A stretch of 63,885 nt of DNA, filler included, from Schmidtea nova (lineage: Eukaryota), in NCBI GenBank assembly GCA_044892505.1. It is 4 parts of 2 records of this genome, joined end to end, with 100 filler letters (N's around TTAATTAATTAA, not from the genome) between each part and the next. Parts side by side here need not be neighbours in the genome. Positions count along the whole stretch, not along the records: positions 1 to 9,818 come from CM097882.1; positions 9,919 to 29,697 come from CM097883.1; 2 more parts are not named here. One strand, written 5' to 3'. Under the pieces are notes generated by a model. The model searched no databases, was not told the origin of the DNA, and was given only the letters and a program-made list of their open reading frames with translations. The position numbers and the translations under genes were made by a program. Positions 1 through 13,813 of this stretch are shown piece by piece (position 1 is the stretch's first letter; each line of letters opens with the position of its first letter).

Positions 1-98
1 GCTTTCGGAGTTGTGATTTTAACGGTGCTGAGGTTATGAACGTTGGACGGATGTGGATAGGCAAATCTGTTTGATTAAAAATGTTGGTGATTTTGTTG
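1..98 (-). mobile_element. Inverted fragment of the adjacent Penelope-like element
   Basis: Bases 1-98 are the reverse complement of 1431-1528 (about one mismatch) and run off the window edge. Confidence 0.9.
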
Positions 99-124
99 AT
101 TTGGTGATTTTTGTGATTTTGGTG

Positions 125-1880
125 ATTCTTTCACTTCAAACATAAAGAAAATTAAGAATTCCAAAGACTTCACAATTCTTCCATCAGATAAAACAAATCG
201 ACTAATTGCTCTTGACACAGAACAATACAATACTCTATTTGAAGAACATCTCTCGAACTATGAACCGATAAACAAAATAATCTTATCTGCATTACTTAGA
301 TTTTATACAAAAAGAAACTGTCAACACTTGCAAATAAACAAATTAACCTTCAAATCAAAGATTTACTTTTAAAATGCAACTGCAGTGAGCCTTTACCTAG
401 TAATATGACTATGTTACCTAAAGACCACAAAAGTCCTTTAAAAGGTAGACCTCTTGTATCTGCAGTTGACACTCCTTCCACAACACTTTCTAAAGTTCTT
501 TCAGAAATCCTCAAAACACTTTTGCCTTTGGTTCCTTCTCATCTTAAAAACACAACTGAATTCGTCTCCGAAATTACAAATACGTCTCTTCCGTTAAACG
601 CAGGACAACAGTACTTCTGGGGATCTCTTGATGTTTCCAATCTTTACTGATATATTCCTCTTCAAGGAGAGAATAATATTTTCGACATCGCAGCTTCTTT
701 CTTTGAAACTCATAAAACCAATACTGACCTCGCAGACTTAACTAAACAGGACTTTATTGAACTTCTAAAATTAGCAATAAATTCAGATACTGTCATAATT
801 AAAGAAAAACCATTCAAACAAATTCATGGATTAGCCATAGGTAATAACCTTTCTCCCATCTTAGCCATCTTCTACATGAACTTTATAGATCATATCTTTT
901 TTTGGAGACAAAATACTTTTCTGGAAACGATACATCGACGACATCTTCATAGTCTCCACAATCCCTCTCAATCAAATCTTATCACAAGAAAATTCTACTA
1001 ACACCAACATACAATTCACTTTTGAAACGCCGAACACAGAAGGTAAAATACCGTTTTTAGATACCATGGTAAGTTTCACAAAAGGCCAAGATACACTAAA
1101 TGCAAACACCGAGCTATATTCTAAAAGTTTACATAGTGGTCATATCCTCCCATGGAAAAGCCACGTTCCACTTCAACGCAAAATCGCATTACTAATAGGA
1201 GAAAGAAAAAGAGCCATAAGAAACTGTTCAGACTCAAACAAAATACAAGAAACATTAGAAAACTTCAAAATACGATTCCTCCAAAATAAATACCCTGAAG
1301 AATTTGTAAAGAAACACTTCCTTAACGAACCATACCACAATAAACGCAACAATAGGAAACGCCAGAAACACAATAACAATAACAAACACACAACATATCT
1401 AAGATTACCTTTCCTAAATGACACTACATCCAACAAAATCACCAACATTTTTAATCAAACAGATTTGCCTATCCACATCCGTCCAACGTTCATAACCTCC
1501 GCACCGTTAAAATCACAACTCCGAAAGCCACCAATTTCCAACATCTCCAAACATAAATGTCTTTGCCGTTCCACAATCCGATGCTTTTGCTTTTCCAAAA
1601 ATATAGTATATAAACTTTCTTGTCAAAAATGTGACGCTACTTAAATAGGAGAAACACATAGAACTTTTCGCACCCGACTTAATGAACACACTAAAATCAA
1701 AACCAGTAATTATTACGAACACTGGGAGAAAGTACATAAAACAACTCCATCTATAGAAGAAACAAAATGCCAGATTCTACAAGAGGGATTCAAAAATTCA
1801 TTACAAAGATTAGCTTCCGAGACTTTTCATAAAAAAATACAAACCGTCCATCAACATTCAATTCGCACAAAAAAATTAAA
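125..1880 (+). mobile_element. Penelope-like element (RT + GIY-YIG endonuclease), 5'-truncated and degraded
   Basis: ILPSDKTNRLIALD, LDVSNLY, GLA(I)GNNLSPILA, RYIDDIF RT motifs; C-terminal CQKCDAT*IGETHRTFRTRLNEH GIY-YIG-type motif. Several stops and frameshifts. Highly similar to 28655-29697. Confidence 0.9.
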
Positions 1881-3957
1881 ATAAATTTTTTCATCCAATA
1901 AAATCATTATAAAATATTAAAAAAAATAATTAAGGCTACTATTTAGGATTAAGTATATATAACGATAGAAATACACACTTGATAAAGGCTGTGCCGAAAT
2001 ATTGTGTTATTGTTTATAAAAAAAAATTTTGATCTATAGTNNNNNNNNNNNNNNNNNNNNNNNNNNNNNNNNNNNNNNNNNNNNNNNNNNNNNNNNNNNN
2101 NNNNNNNNNNNNNNNNNNNNNNNNNNNNNNNNNNNNNNNNNNNNNNNNNNNNNNNNNNNNNNNNNNNNNNNNNNNNNNNNNNNNNNNNNNNNNNNNNNNN
2201 NNNNNNNNNNNNNNNNNNNNNNNNNNNNNNNNNNNNNNNNNNNNNNNNNNNNNNNNNNNNNNNNNNNNNNNNNNNNNNNNNNNNNNNNNNNNNNNNNNNN
2301 NNNNNNNNNNNNNNNNNNNNNNNNNNNNNNCTGAACAAACTTTGGCTATTTATTTGCTGCATGTTTATTTTTATATTTAATTCCTTATCAGCGTCTGTGT
2401 GCGCTGCTAGCAATTTGTCAGCGTCTGTGTGCGCATTAGTCTTAGTTGTTAAAATAATTGATTGGAATTTATGTTTAATTGGACTAATTGGTAGATTATT
2501 ATTGTTGTTTAAATAATCCAATTAGTAAAGGGATTATTTTGGATGCCTTTGAATTAATTTATGTTAATTTGATAGTTCAAATGTTTGAATAGAGTTCTTC
2601 AATTATTTGATAAAAATGGATATCATTATGGTTAATGGATTCTTTTGAAGTGTTTTTTGCTGAATTATATATCACAAATATCGATTTGATGGATATGAAT
2701 TGTCGCAATTGTGCCGATATGGATGGCTGTACTACAACCAGGCTTGTGGAATCTTCTTATAAACTTTATTTCAAGCCTTAAACTTATTATCTCGTGGAAA
2801 CCATTGATTATCGATTTCAAAGGGTTGGCCAAAGTCTCACAGAAGATATCTCATCATCATTAGCTCATCTATACTCTCAATTAACGAAAACGGTTCTATA
2901 TCGCTGCTTAATGTCATTTTCATTGTATGAACTTGCTCGAAATCGTGGAACTAGTAAGAGAATTCTGTGTATTATTGCTGCTGGAGTTGTTATCTCCACT
3001 GGAGAATTACTGCGAATTGACGGATGTCTCGGAATCCTCTCGAAGGTCCATTTTAATGTTGTTTATATTGTTACGGAAATGAATAAATATTATNNNNNNN
3101 NNNNNNNNNNNNNNNNNNNNNNNNNNNNNNNNNNNNNNNNNNNNNNNNNNNNNNNNNNNNNNNNNNNNNNNNNNNNNNNNNNNNNNNNNNNNNNNNNNNN
3201 NNNNNNNNNNNNNNNNNNNNNNNNNNNNNNNNNNNNNNNNNNNNNNNNNNNNNNNNNNNNNNNNNNNNNNNNNNNNNNNNNNNNNNNNNNNNNNNNNNNN
3301 NNNNNNNNNNNNNNNNNNNNNNNNNNNNNNNNNNNNNNNNNNNNNNNNNNNNNNNNNNNNNNNNNNNNNNNNNNNNNNNNNNNNNNNNNNNNNNNNNNNN
3401 NNNNNNNNNNNNNNNNNNNNNNNNNNNNNNNNNNNNNNNNNNNNNNNNNNNNNNNNNNNNNNNNNNNNNNNNNNNNNNNNNNNNNNNNNNNNNNNNNNNN
3501 NNNNNNNNNNNNNNNNNNNNNNNNNNNNNNNNNNNNNNNNNNNNNNNNNNNNNNNNNNNNNNNNNNNNNNNNNNNNNNNCTGATTTTAAATGTTATATTA
3601 AGCATGTTATGCATAAAGAACTCGAGAAATAATTAATTTTTGAAGATGGTAATAAAATTTACATGTCGAAAAACACTTATGTTTGCAAAATAAATATTTC
3701 GATGTTTAATAAAAATATCAATGTGTGAATATTCTAAATAAACAGTTTCATTGTTTTTTATCAGTCTATTTTTAAAATAAGTTACTTATTTAATACTTAT
3801 TTATTATTAATTGTTAATGTATGAAATTTTCCATAACTCGATTTTGTTAGTTTTTTTAATTTATTGTTGTAAACTAAAAATCTTTTTTAAATATTTTTAA
3901 ATTTCGATTTTATTTATTAAAAACATTTATTAATTTAATTGATTGTTTTAACCGTTT

Positions 3958-4058
3958 CATACCGTGATGTGAGCCAAAGTTAGAATTGAGTTTGAAACGA
4001 TTTTTTTAATAAAGTAACTAATAAAAGATTACGTGACCCAGAGTCACATCACGGTATG
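3958..4058. repeat. Small MITE-like inverted repeat
   Basis: 15-bp perfect inverted repeat CATACCGTGATGTGA (3958-3972) / TCACATCACGGTATG (4044-4058); the TA|CCGTG start resembles Tc1/mariner ends. Confidence 0.5.
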
Positions 4059-4353
4059 ATTTGTTATAATATTTTGTGATATGATCAGGATTAACGCGTT
4101 GACCGTCGTATGAATCCAATACAATTCACACTACACTTGGGAAAATAATATTTGTGAATAATATTTTTACACACATTTTTAAGACCCCAAAGCCCATCGT
4201 GATCTATGTGTTATTTTGAGTTATTGCGAAAGACGGCTCGTGGAAAATATTCTTTTTAATATTACGGAACCAATATTTTAAAGCTATTATTATTTTCATT
4301 CTTATTAATTTATTTATATAAAAGTCTTTTTAATATTTAAATGATTTTTACTG

Positions 4354-4991
4354 TTTCTAAAGTCCGTGAGACATCTTTCATCATTCCAAGCGTTATTGCA
4401 ATCAGACCAAGGTAATTTGGAAGTAAATGATGCAAATAAATAGTAAAGTGACCAGGCTATAATCACATTGTAATAGACTGAAACAATAGTGGCAACAACT
4501 AGCATTGAATATCCAATTCCTGAATTCAGAAAAATTATCTTTAATAAATTAAACTTTTAGTTTTTGAAGTCGAACCCTTAAACATTGGTTGAACTTTCCA
4601 CACTGAAATTGGTCCTGAACTTGAAAATTGGCCGAGTGCCAATTCGAAATAGAATAATGGTATGCCAGCAATTAGAAGCATTATGAAATATGGAACAAGA
4701 AATGCACCTAAAAAAGAACATATTTGAATACAATTCCTAAAATGTAAATAACTCACCTCCGCCATGTTGATAACATAAATGAGGAAATCTCCACAAATTT
4801 CCCAATCCAACAGCATATCCAACACAAGAAAGAAAAAAGTCGAATCTTCCCGACCAGTTTCCGCGAGCTTTTGTTTTTTGAGTCTGAGAATCTATGCCAC
4901 TGATCTTGAAGAAATAACATTACAAAATTTCCAAAAAAAATATATTATTCACTTGTTCATTTGTTTTAAATGAATCTTCAATTGATGTCAT
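4354..4991 (-). CDS. SLC6 (sodium:neurotransmitter symporter) family transporter, 5' exons only (TM1-TM3 and start of EL2)
   Basis: Exons 4991-4953, 4904-4757, 4707-4576 and 4519-~4354 joined by GT-AG introns of 48, 49 and 56 nt give MTSIEDSF...[64 protein letters not shown]...[46 protein letters not shown], the classic SLC6 signature. Confidence 0.93.
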
Positions 4992-6400
4992 TGCAAAATT
5001 TGAATTAATAATTATCAAATAATTGCACAGCCATAAATAGTGCAACTCGATTAAAAATAGAATTTTTTTTAAAATTATTAACATAAAGTTATTAACATAA
5101 TAACAAGCACAAAATCATGAGTTATCAAATGTTATGAAAAATAATTGGCAAACATTGATGCATTATTAATTTTTCAAAAGTGTTCATTTTTATCAAAAAT
5201 TAGTTAAGACAATTTATTTAAAATATTTTTAGAATTTATTCTACTGATAATTTAAAAAAATCAATATCTTCATTTCTTTTCAGACCACAAATCAATCTTT
5301 TGTTGTATATCCTCAGTATTACCGAGGAAAAATAAATATAGATGAAATTGTAAATGGAGTTAGATCAAAGTTTTAAATAAAATATGCTGTAATATTTTAA
5401 TTGATTATGGTTTAATATTATGAAGTAAAATAATTTTATTGTTATTAAGTCAGCAAAACGAGTCCTGTTGGTTCACTGTCTACTGATTTGAAATATTTTG
5501 TTATAGTTACGAATTATCAGAGATATGCCGTTTTGAAATTGAATATGCTATAAACAGGCAATTTGGACGTTTCAATCAAAAGAACAAATAAAAATTTCTT
5601 TATAACGTTCGTCATAACATGAAAAATTACAATCTTCACAAGTTTGTTCAAAATACCGAGTGAAACCAATAAAGAATTCAACCAAAAACCATCGAATCCC
5701 AAACACAATATGTGTAATGTGCAAACAATGCTGAATCCCAGCACAATCAATTAAAATCAACGGGTTAAGCTGTCAATGTCGAATATATGTTATTTTTATC
5801 CGGCCTTTATTAAATAATTTGTTTTTCTACAATTGGTGTCCGAAGTGACAAACGTAAGTTTCATACCTTACTCATGTAAATGTTTAACTTTGTCAGTAGG
5901 TAGACGTGTCCTGTCTGGATTCGTATGAGTTATCGCACGTTTTTTGGCGCCATTTTTAAAGTGTGTTTTGTTTAAATGTTTAGAATTTATTTTTATTTTT
6001 ATTTTATTATTAAATTAATTTGTTTTATTATTATTTTTTTTTATTTAAACTATGTTTTTTTTATTAATTAGTTTTTCTTTTTTAATTAGTTATTTTATTT
6101 TTAATATTATTAATTTATTTTTTTAGTATAATTTATTATTGTTATTATAATTTTTGAAACACTTCAATGATAAACGTTAAATGAAAGCACTACTCAAAAT
6201 ATAATAAGAATATATCACATGGTGAAATACAATAAATATTAAACTAATTATTTATTATTTCTTTATTAATATTACTATTATTTCTATGACATAACCATAG
6301 TTTCTAAAAATTATTACCCAAATTATAAAAACAGACTGAAACTAATCTATACAATATATAACTAAATAATTAAAAAACAAAGTTTTTCAACAAAATTTAT

Positions 6401-9400
6401 TTAAATAAAACTTTTATCTTGGATATCTCCGGGTGGATCTTGGAATTGCTGATCTGGATTGATTCTTGGATCTATATGTTGAAATATAAGCAAGTCACCT
6501 TCCATATAATGGCCATATGCCAAGCTTTTATTTTTCGCCACCCATTTCCTTTTATCATCTGCATTTGTCAGTGCAGTCTTTTCATTTTTAATAGTAAAAA
6601 GTTGATGATTTTTACTTGTGATTCTGGTTTGGGGAACAGAAAATATTTGGTTATTATTAAAACAGTCTAAGTACGACTGATGTTTTATGTCAGTACCCGC
6701 CAATGTTGCCCCCTTAGCTTTATTAGTTTCCTCGTCACCTAAAAGACTATAACATTTAGGTCTAAGAAACACCCACTCCTCGTACTTAAGCTTATTATTC
6801 TCGTCTTTGAACTTGCCTATGACAGAATCAAGGTTCCTACTGTATAGTGGGTGATTCGGATCGTAATTAGAAGTGTCAAGTAAGTTATCTCTTATCATGG
6901 CCGGTAAAAGAATATCAAGCTTACAATTTCTAATCTCAAGAAAAAACGAATCGGTATCACCAGCAACGATGTTAATTTCGCAGTTGAATTCGTTACGATA
7001 TTTTTGTAACTCTTCATACTGCAGCTGGTACATTCTAAGTTTAGATAGATCCAATACAGTTTGACCAATGTAACTGGGTCTATCCAAACACACCGATTCG
7101 TGATTCAGCAAGACGGCAACCAAATCATCGTCAATTTCGAAGGTCCTTTTAAAAGTTGGCTTAGAAGTATATGTAATCAGCCTAGAAGCCGAATTACATA
7201 ATCTTAAATTTATGCACTTTTTAAGATTCTCTACGGTTTTACCGTAGAGACTATTATTTAATAATTTATAATAATTTTTACCGAGAGCATTACTTGATTC
7301 TGCTCTAAGTCTGGTATTGGTATCGATGTAATCCTTAAAAATACATGCTTGTTTAAATTTAATTGCCCTATGGACATGAGTTATTTTTACTCCAAGAGAA
7401 AGAAAAGGTTTGAGAAGTCTCCAATGAAGAACATAGTTCTTCTTGGGATAATGCGTAAGCATCAACTTCTCAACCTTTGAGCCAGGTGGACACATCTTTT
7501 CAGCGGCAACTGGCAAATCATCCAACTTGTCGTGAATCGAATCAGGAATTTCTAAATCGACTTCTAATGTAAATTCAAATGTTAATACTTCTAAATCAGC
7601 AGATTCACAGTAATAAATTATTTTATTTAATTTTCCCTATCAGTTACCCATTTAAATTCTTTATAAGGTAGTTTTTGGCTTAAGGCCCACCCATATAAAT
7701 TATTTATATCTATATAAAGAAGCTCAGTATCGTCGGAGGATACTACATGGGGTTTGTTAACAAATGTTAACCCACCACGGATCCCCCCTTCGAAAAAATT
7801 ATACATCTCCATATCTTGAAGCAATTTGATAGGAGATTTCAAAGTCATCAAAGCTGAATTCCATGACATGCCTGGAATTCCCAAGGAATTAAGAGGCTCA
7901 AGTCGGTTATGTGCAATGGATTTTGCCCTAAATTGCTGAAAAAAGTCGGCAAGTAAGAAAACATCCAATTTCAGGTATAACATCATATAATCAAACAATG
8001 TTTCACAATTAAATTCATCCCATATATGTTGAGCTTTTTCATACTCGTCGATTTTAACTCCTTCCCAAATCGGTGGCAACTCGTATGTATTTTGTAAAAC
8101 CTCTAAAGAAGTTGCAAAACTATATGGGAATATGCCTTTGGAAGTAATAATAGTCCCTATAAATTCGGATGAAGTAAGAGGAGAATCTGTTAATGTCTTT
8201 ACAGCATCGTTTAAGCTGGAGCTTACAAATTGGCAAGAATCGATAAATTTAATAGTTAAACTATCGACTCTTGCATATAAAGTCAAAAACTTTTCACTTG
8301 TAGTAGGAATACAACTTATATTCCATTTATCGAATTTATTTAAACCATACTTGAGGATATGATGCAAATCATATCCGCGTAAATTATGAAATATTACTGG
8401 CATGATGAATCTTATTTGCCGAGAAAAATTACATTTAGCGCAAGCCGCACCCAAGTATTTACCTGTATAATGGTCATGATCTTTAACCGGATTTTTCAAA
8501 GGTTTATTACACAAATAACAAATAATAGAACTACGAAATGATCTTATTTGTGCAGGAGAAAGATATTCCATTTTCTTTTTGGAATTATTTATAAAGTAAG
8601 GTAAAACTACTTTTTCTCCTATATCATTGATTTCAGTCAAAAACTCTTCTACACAGTTAAGACCATAAAAGCTTTTATACGATTTTTCACCAGTAAAGTT
8701 ATTAATAAGCAACAAGCCAGCAGAAATAGGCAAGTGGCGTTGTAAATACTTATCGTCCTTGGGTAAAACAGCCTCAAAATCGGCATATACAACGAAAGGA
8801 GGGGTAACAATTTTTGACCAATCTTTAAATTCCAAGTTCTTATCTGAAGGCAAAGTGTACAAAGTTGTACCTAACTGATTTTTTGTGCATAAAGCCTGAT
8901 GTTTCTCAAAAGCTTCAGTCAATCTAAAACCATTCAAGCAACGCTCACACCAAATGCATCTTATCCTAACATCCGTAACAGAAAGAGTTTCATAGTTCAA
9001 AAGTCTATTAAGATTAGTAACTCTTATATAGTGAAAAGAGTCACTTTCATCTAACAAAATCAAATTAATTGGAGTTCCACCTACAACCTTTGACCTATGA
9101 ATAATATCTACAAATGGATGTTTCATGACTTCCTCCTCCTCATTAATATTATTTAGATCATACTTGTCATATAAAAGGATATTTATAGCCAGTCCAGGGT
9201 TTTCCGCTTCAAATTTGGGGATATTACATAATTTCATTGGAAAATCAGAAGGATCAAACACAAGGTCTGAGGGATTATAATTATAAGACTTACCTCTATT
9301 AGATTTCACATCCTTGTATTTTAAAATTGCCAAAATACTATATATAAAACACAATTTATCTGTATTCTTTACATTGACAGTGCAATGTTTTGCATTTAAT

Positions 9401-9818
9401 GATGGAGGGGTTGAACAATAACCTTTACCTCTCAATCTACTTATTTGGGAATATTTTGTAAGTTTAAAGCTTATTTCTTTAATTTTATTTATTGACCAAT
9501 AGCTGCCATTTTCACAGACTTTAGTCATTTTTTCACTTAATAGAGCAATACCTTCATCTAAAAAGGTATCACTCGTTGGCTTTGCGGAATTTGATATTAT
9601 AAATGATTGAAATTGCTTATTCTTTTCAAATTCTACATCAATGCAAAATTTTACTTTGACATATCCCATTTTGGAAATAACTGAATTAAATTTATTTAAT
9701 AAAAGCGAAGGAATAATTAATTTATTTAAATTTAAAGAATCCACATCCATTTTAACAATGGCATGCGATTTTTTCAAATTATATTTAACCAAAGGTTCAA
9801 CAGAACCGCCATATTGGA
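6401..9818 (-). pseudogene. polB: Protein-primed family-B DNA polymerase (Maverick/Polinton/adintovirus type), split by one frameshift
   Basis: Exo I YADFE, EndoVII-like CYLC..DHDHYTGKYLGAACAKCN, Exo II IFHNLRGYD, Exo III YLKLDV, Pol A YIDINNLYG, Pol B KLLNNSLYGK, Pol C GDTDS, LRPKCY. ORFs 7627-9792 and 6401-7525 join by a 1-nt frameshift at ~7630; the frame is open into the gap at 9819. Confidence 0.92.
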
Positions 9819-9918
9819 NNNNNNNNNNNNNNNNNNNNNNNNNNNNNNNNNNNNNNNNNNNNTTAATTAATTAANNNNNNNNNNNNNNNNNNNNNNNNNN
9901 NNNNNNNNNNNNNNNNNN

Positions 9919-10414
9919 AGCAGCACAAATGTGCATTTACCAGCGTACAAGTAGAAGCCTAGTGTCATGTTTTCGAAAAAAAATTTAGTATGCAAGGTAT
10001 AAAAAGATATTGTATAAAAAGATAATCTTTCATCTACTGGATGTAGCAGTGTGGAATTCTTACTACATCTTTAAAGAAAAGACAGGTTCTCAAATGAAGT
10101 TTATAGAATTCAGGGAAGCAATTTTACGATCTCTAACTGGCATAGATTATAAACAGGATGGAAGGTCTTTGGTTCAATTTAAACGTGCACGAATCCAAAC
10201 CAATGAAATCAACAACAATGGAACACAGCATTTTCCTGAGAAAATTTCTCCTCCTGAAAATTATCAGCGAAAAACATATTTTCAGCGTTGTAAACAATGT
10301 TATAAACAGGGAGTAAGGAAGGAAACATCATATTGCTGCAAGAATTGCATATCAAAACCTGCACTGTGTCCTGCACCATGCTTTGAAACATGGCATACCG
10401 AAAATAATGTATAA
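9919..10414 (+). mobile_element. piggyBac transposase C-terminal fragment
   Basis: YKKIIFHLLDVAVWNSYYIF (PGBD W/YKK.FFHL.D..NSY motif) and Cys-rich tail RCKQC...CCKNC..PALCPAPCFETWH. Confidence 0.88.
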
Positions 10415-11715
10415 TAATTATAAAATTATAATAAATTTATTTGTCATTTATTTATTTTTGTTTGATCATGAACTAACATTTCGTGTAAAACTCCCAAAAA
10501 TACTTTGTTGCTCACAAAAAATTGCTTATTTCAGTCATTAAACCTGTCATTTACGTTTTTAAATTTTTGCTGTTATAGCCGCCATCGTCCCATTACATAG
10601 TGTCTAGAGTCCGCTGGCGCCATGACGGTTGTAGCCGCAACCTAATTAAAGGTGCTGAATTAATCAAAATTAAGTGTATTTAAGCAGAAAGAGTAAAACT
10701 ATACTTCTAATATTCTAAAAATTACAAAAACATATAGTGTCAATTTTCGAATTTCACTTGTTTCTACTGTCCGTCAACGTGTTAAATAATAAATTATTTT
10801 TTATAAAAGGATAATTTTTTTTAATATATATTAAAGCCAACATGGCACTAAAATAATTTTTAAAAAATGCCAAGCCAAATAATATTCCAAAAAATATATT
10901 TCGAGAACTTCATTTTCGTCTTCAGGGGCTTTTCAGTTCAATATTCCAATATTAATGAAATAAATTAATTAATTATAACTTTTAAATTTCACAAAATATA
11001 GTGTGACATTTTAAAATAATAATCCTTCGGTTGTTCCGGTATTCTTTGAGTGTGTGTATGGAAATGTATCCATTGAAAAGATTTATTTAGGAATTTGGAA
11101 TATATTTTAGAGTTGAAGATTGAAAGGCGTAATAACTTTGTCAATGTATGGCCTTTGATTGGATTGTTTATTTTGAGAGTGATAAATAATTTGTATAATC
11201 ATGGAGGCATTAAGTTTAATACTATCAAATCAATGTTTCGATTGAAGGCTGAGGTTAACAATTTTGCTGGTTGTTTTTCTTATTCTATTGTTTGTGAATT
11301 AATTGATGTCGTTATTGACAATTCTCAGATTTCTATATTGTTCTTTGAGCGGTTTGCTTTTAATCTTTCAAACGTTAAGGGTGAAATGCTGCAAAATTTT
11401 GAAAAGATTGCACGTCTTCTCTGTATTTGAGTTTTAGAGCATTGCCAATTAATAGGAACGAGTATTGTTTCAATCATATTGAAGTTTATCATATTAGATA
11501 ATGATGATTTTGAGTTCGTGGGTTTGCTTCAAATAATGCAAATTAATTAAATTAACCTATCATGTTGTTGTCTACAGATATTTAAATATTTGTAAATTAG
11601 TTTTCAAAATATTTTTAAAAATGATGTTTTTAAGAAAAATTTATTTAAATTTATTTATTATATCGTTATAAATTGCTTAGTAATTTAAAAAAATATATTA
11701 GTCGTGAATTGGGTA

Positions 11716-11835
11716 ATATCTAGCGCCATACTCCCACACCAACCTCTCCTAGAAGTTACGGTCGAATGATTATGATGCGTGTAAACTATATTTTGAGAGA
11801 ATGTAGTGTGTGCAAACATACTTTCACGGGAATTT
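11716..11835. repeat. Left copy of a diverged ~120-bp inverted repeat
   Basis: ATATCTAG...GAAGTTACGGTCGA.TGATTATG..GTGTAAACTA...GAGAGAAT.TAGTGTGTG.AAAC matches the reverse complement of 13814-13928. Confidence 0.8.
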
Positions 11836-12100
11836 AGTGTGTGTAAACGAACATTAACATGATTTTTAAGTGTGTAAACTAACTTTAGATGTAATTTATC
11901 GTGTTTTATTTTGTTCAAAGAAGTTTGGTAGGGTTTTTAAAATAAATTATGTGAAGCGTTTTTGTAATTTGTATTAAATTATAATGGTATGATGCTGTGC
12001 ATGTTTGATTGTATGTTGAAATCCTTACTTATACATTAATTATTATTTTTAGAAACTCCTCAAACAAATTAACATTATAATTTGTTTTAATAATATTGGA

Positions 12101-13750
12101 TTGTTAATTAATAAACGTGTTATTATAATTTGTCTTATGGATTCAATTAATACCCGTAGTGTTGTGGCTAATATTGTGACCACGATTGCAAATTTTATCA
12201 AACCACCAGAAACATATGACATAGATTCAGACGTGGAAGATTTCATCTTAGAAACGAAACGATTCTTCGAGATGACAAATATTGTCGATGAGTACAGAAG
12301 CAAATTCGTCAAAGCTTTTCTATCAATCAATGCAACGAAGAAATATGAGTTGACAAATGAAACTCTGCATTATACAGAAAGATTAAGGAACGCTTTTGAT
12401 AAGAACAAAAGTCTTATCGATGATCTCAACGAAGCGCTAAATTATCGTCAAGGAAATGATGCAGCCGAAGAATTCTGCTCAAAAATTGAGAAACTTGCAA
12501 AAAATATTTTGAAGCATAAACTTGATGAAGAAGAACTAAAGACATTTTTGCTATTCAATTCGCTTGAAGATAAAGAAGTTAAAAAGGATCTCAAAATGCA
12601 AGATTTAAAATCATTTGATGAAATGAAAGAAAGATTAAAGAAACACGATCAAGTTTCAAAAGAAATTAATGTATTTCATGCTGGTGTAGCTTCAATGAAT
12701 AAAACCCAACGATATGCTGAGGCTGTTAAGAAGAGTTTACCAAGATATGGTTATGAAAACAGATCAATTAGAGAACGAGAAGCTAATCCCAGTTTCAAAA
12801 ATGAATATTCAAGAGAACCTCAACCTAATCCAAGATATAAAGGTGAATTTACAAGAGAACATCGATATAATATTTCAAATGGATGGAAACCTGTGAATGG
12901 AAGTAAGCCTTATAATACCAGGGAATTTCATTCACGAGATCATCCCCGAACAAATCAAATTTTACGATGTTGGGCGTGCCACGAATAAGGCCATAGAAGA
13001 TCTGAATGCCCAAATATTCAATGTGCCCATTGTAAAAGATCAGGACATTTCAAACATCAGTGCCATGAGTTATTTCCAGACAGACGACGAAAATTCCATA
13101 AATCAGTGGCTGCATTCGGTGACAAGGATCTAGAGGCTGATTTTGAGTACCCAAACGGGAATGCTCCACCACACGAGGAGGTGATCGGAGCAATAAATTA
13201 AAGGTAATTAATGATGTGAGTAAGGATTGTATGACTTTGAATGATTGTGATAGTTTGAATGATAACTGCTGTGATTGTGTTTTTGATTATAGAAATTACA
13301 CTAATATATACATTGATAAATTTTGTATGGATGAACTTTTTAAAGACCCACCTCTAACTTCTAATGAAATAAATGTTTTTAATCGTGATAAACGGAATGA
13401 TATAATAGTATACGATAAAATGCAAGGAGGCCCAGTGTTACCGTGATGATTAATTATGTAAAATTAGTATGTCTATTAGATACTGGAGCTAAAATAAGTG
13501 TGATTGACTATAATATTTTTAAAAAACTTGGAAACTTGAGGATGACTACAAGTAATTTAAAATTAAGATGTGCGAATGATAGCCCGATTGAATTTGCGGT
13601 AAAACTTTATTAAATGTAAAAGTTGATAAAATGTCTGAAATTAAATAAGTAGGATTCGTTGTAGCCAAAGATATAAACCCAAAGTTAATAGGAGGTATAT
13701 ATTTTCTCGAAAGATTTGGAATGCAATTACAAATTAAAAAATGTGAAGAC
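12101..13750 (+). mobile_element. gag: Degraded Ty3/Gypsy gag-protease relic
   Basis: Gag-like ORF 12101-12988 continues past a stop into two CCHC knuckles (CWACHE*GHRRSEC, CAHCKRSGHFKHQC); retropepsin motif CLLDTGAKISVID at ~13470-13510. Confidence 0.85.
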
Positions 13751-13813
13751 AAGTAAAAATACAATTTATTTTGAAAACCCCACCAAGCTTATTTAAACAA
13801 AATAAAATACAAT

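Noticed and set aside
1640-1900. Hammerhead ribozyme expected in the Penelope pLTR
   Set aside because: No CTGA-N-GA...GAAA core found by eye.
2029-3636. Long ORFs spanning N runs (also 15940-16266 and 18890-19921)
   Set aside because: Artefacts of translating Ns.
5517-5768. Short ORFs and a GGG-TTAA end as a piggyBac piece
   Set aside because: No transposase motif and no partner TIR.
7625-7640. AGGGAAAAT at the polB frameshift as a programmed -1 slippery site
   Set aside because: The heptamer is not in X-XXY-YYZ phase and polB genes are normally continuous; a mutation or homopolymer error is more likely.
9819-9918. TTAATTAATTAA embedded in N runs (also 29742-29753 and 59577-59588)
   Set aside because: Identical all-frame-stop spacer inside gaps, so a scaffolding linker and not biology.
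11095-11430. 111-aa ORF
   Set aside because: No ATG start or motif; the opposite strand is stop-ridden, so probably decayed repeat.
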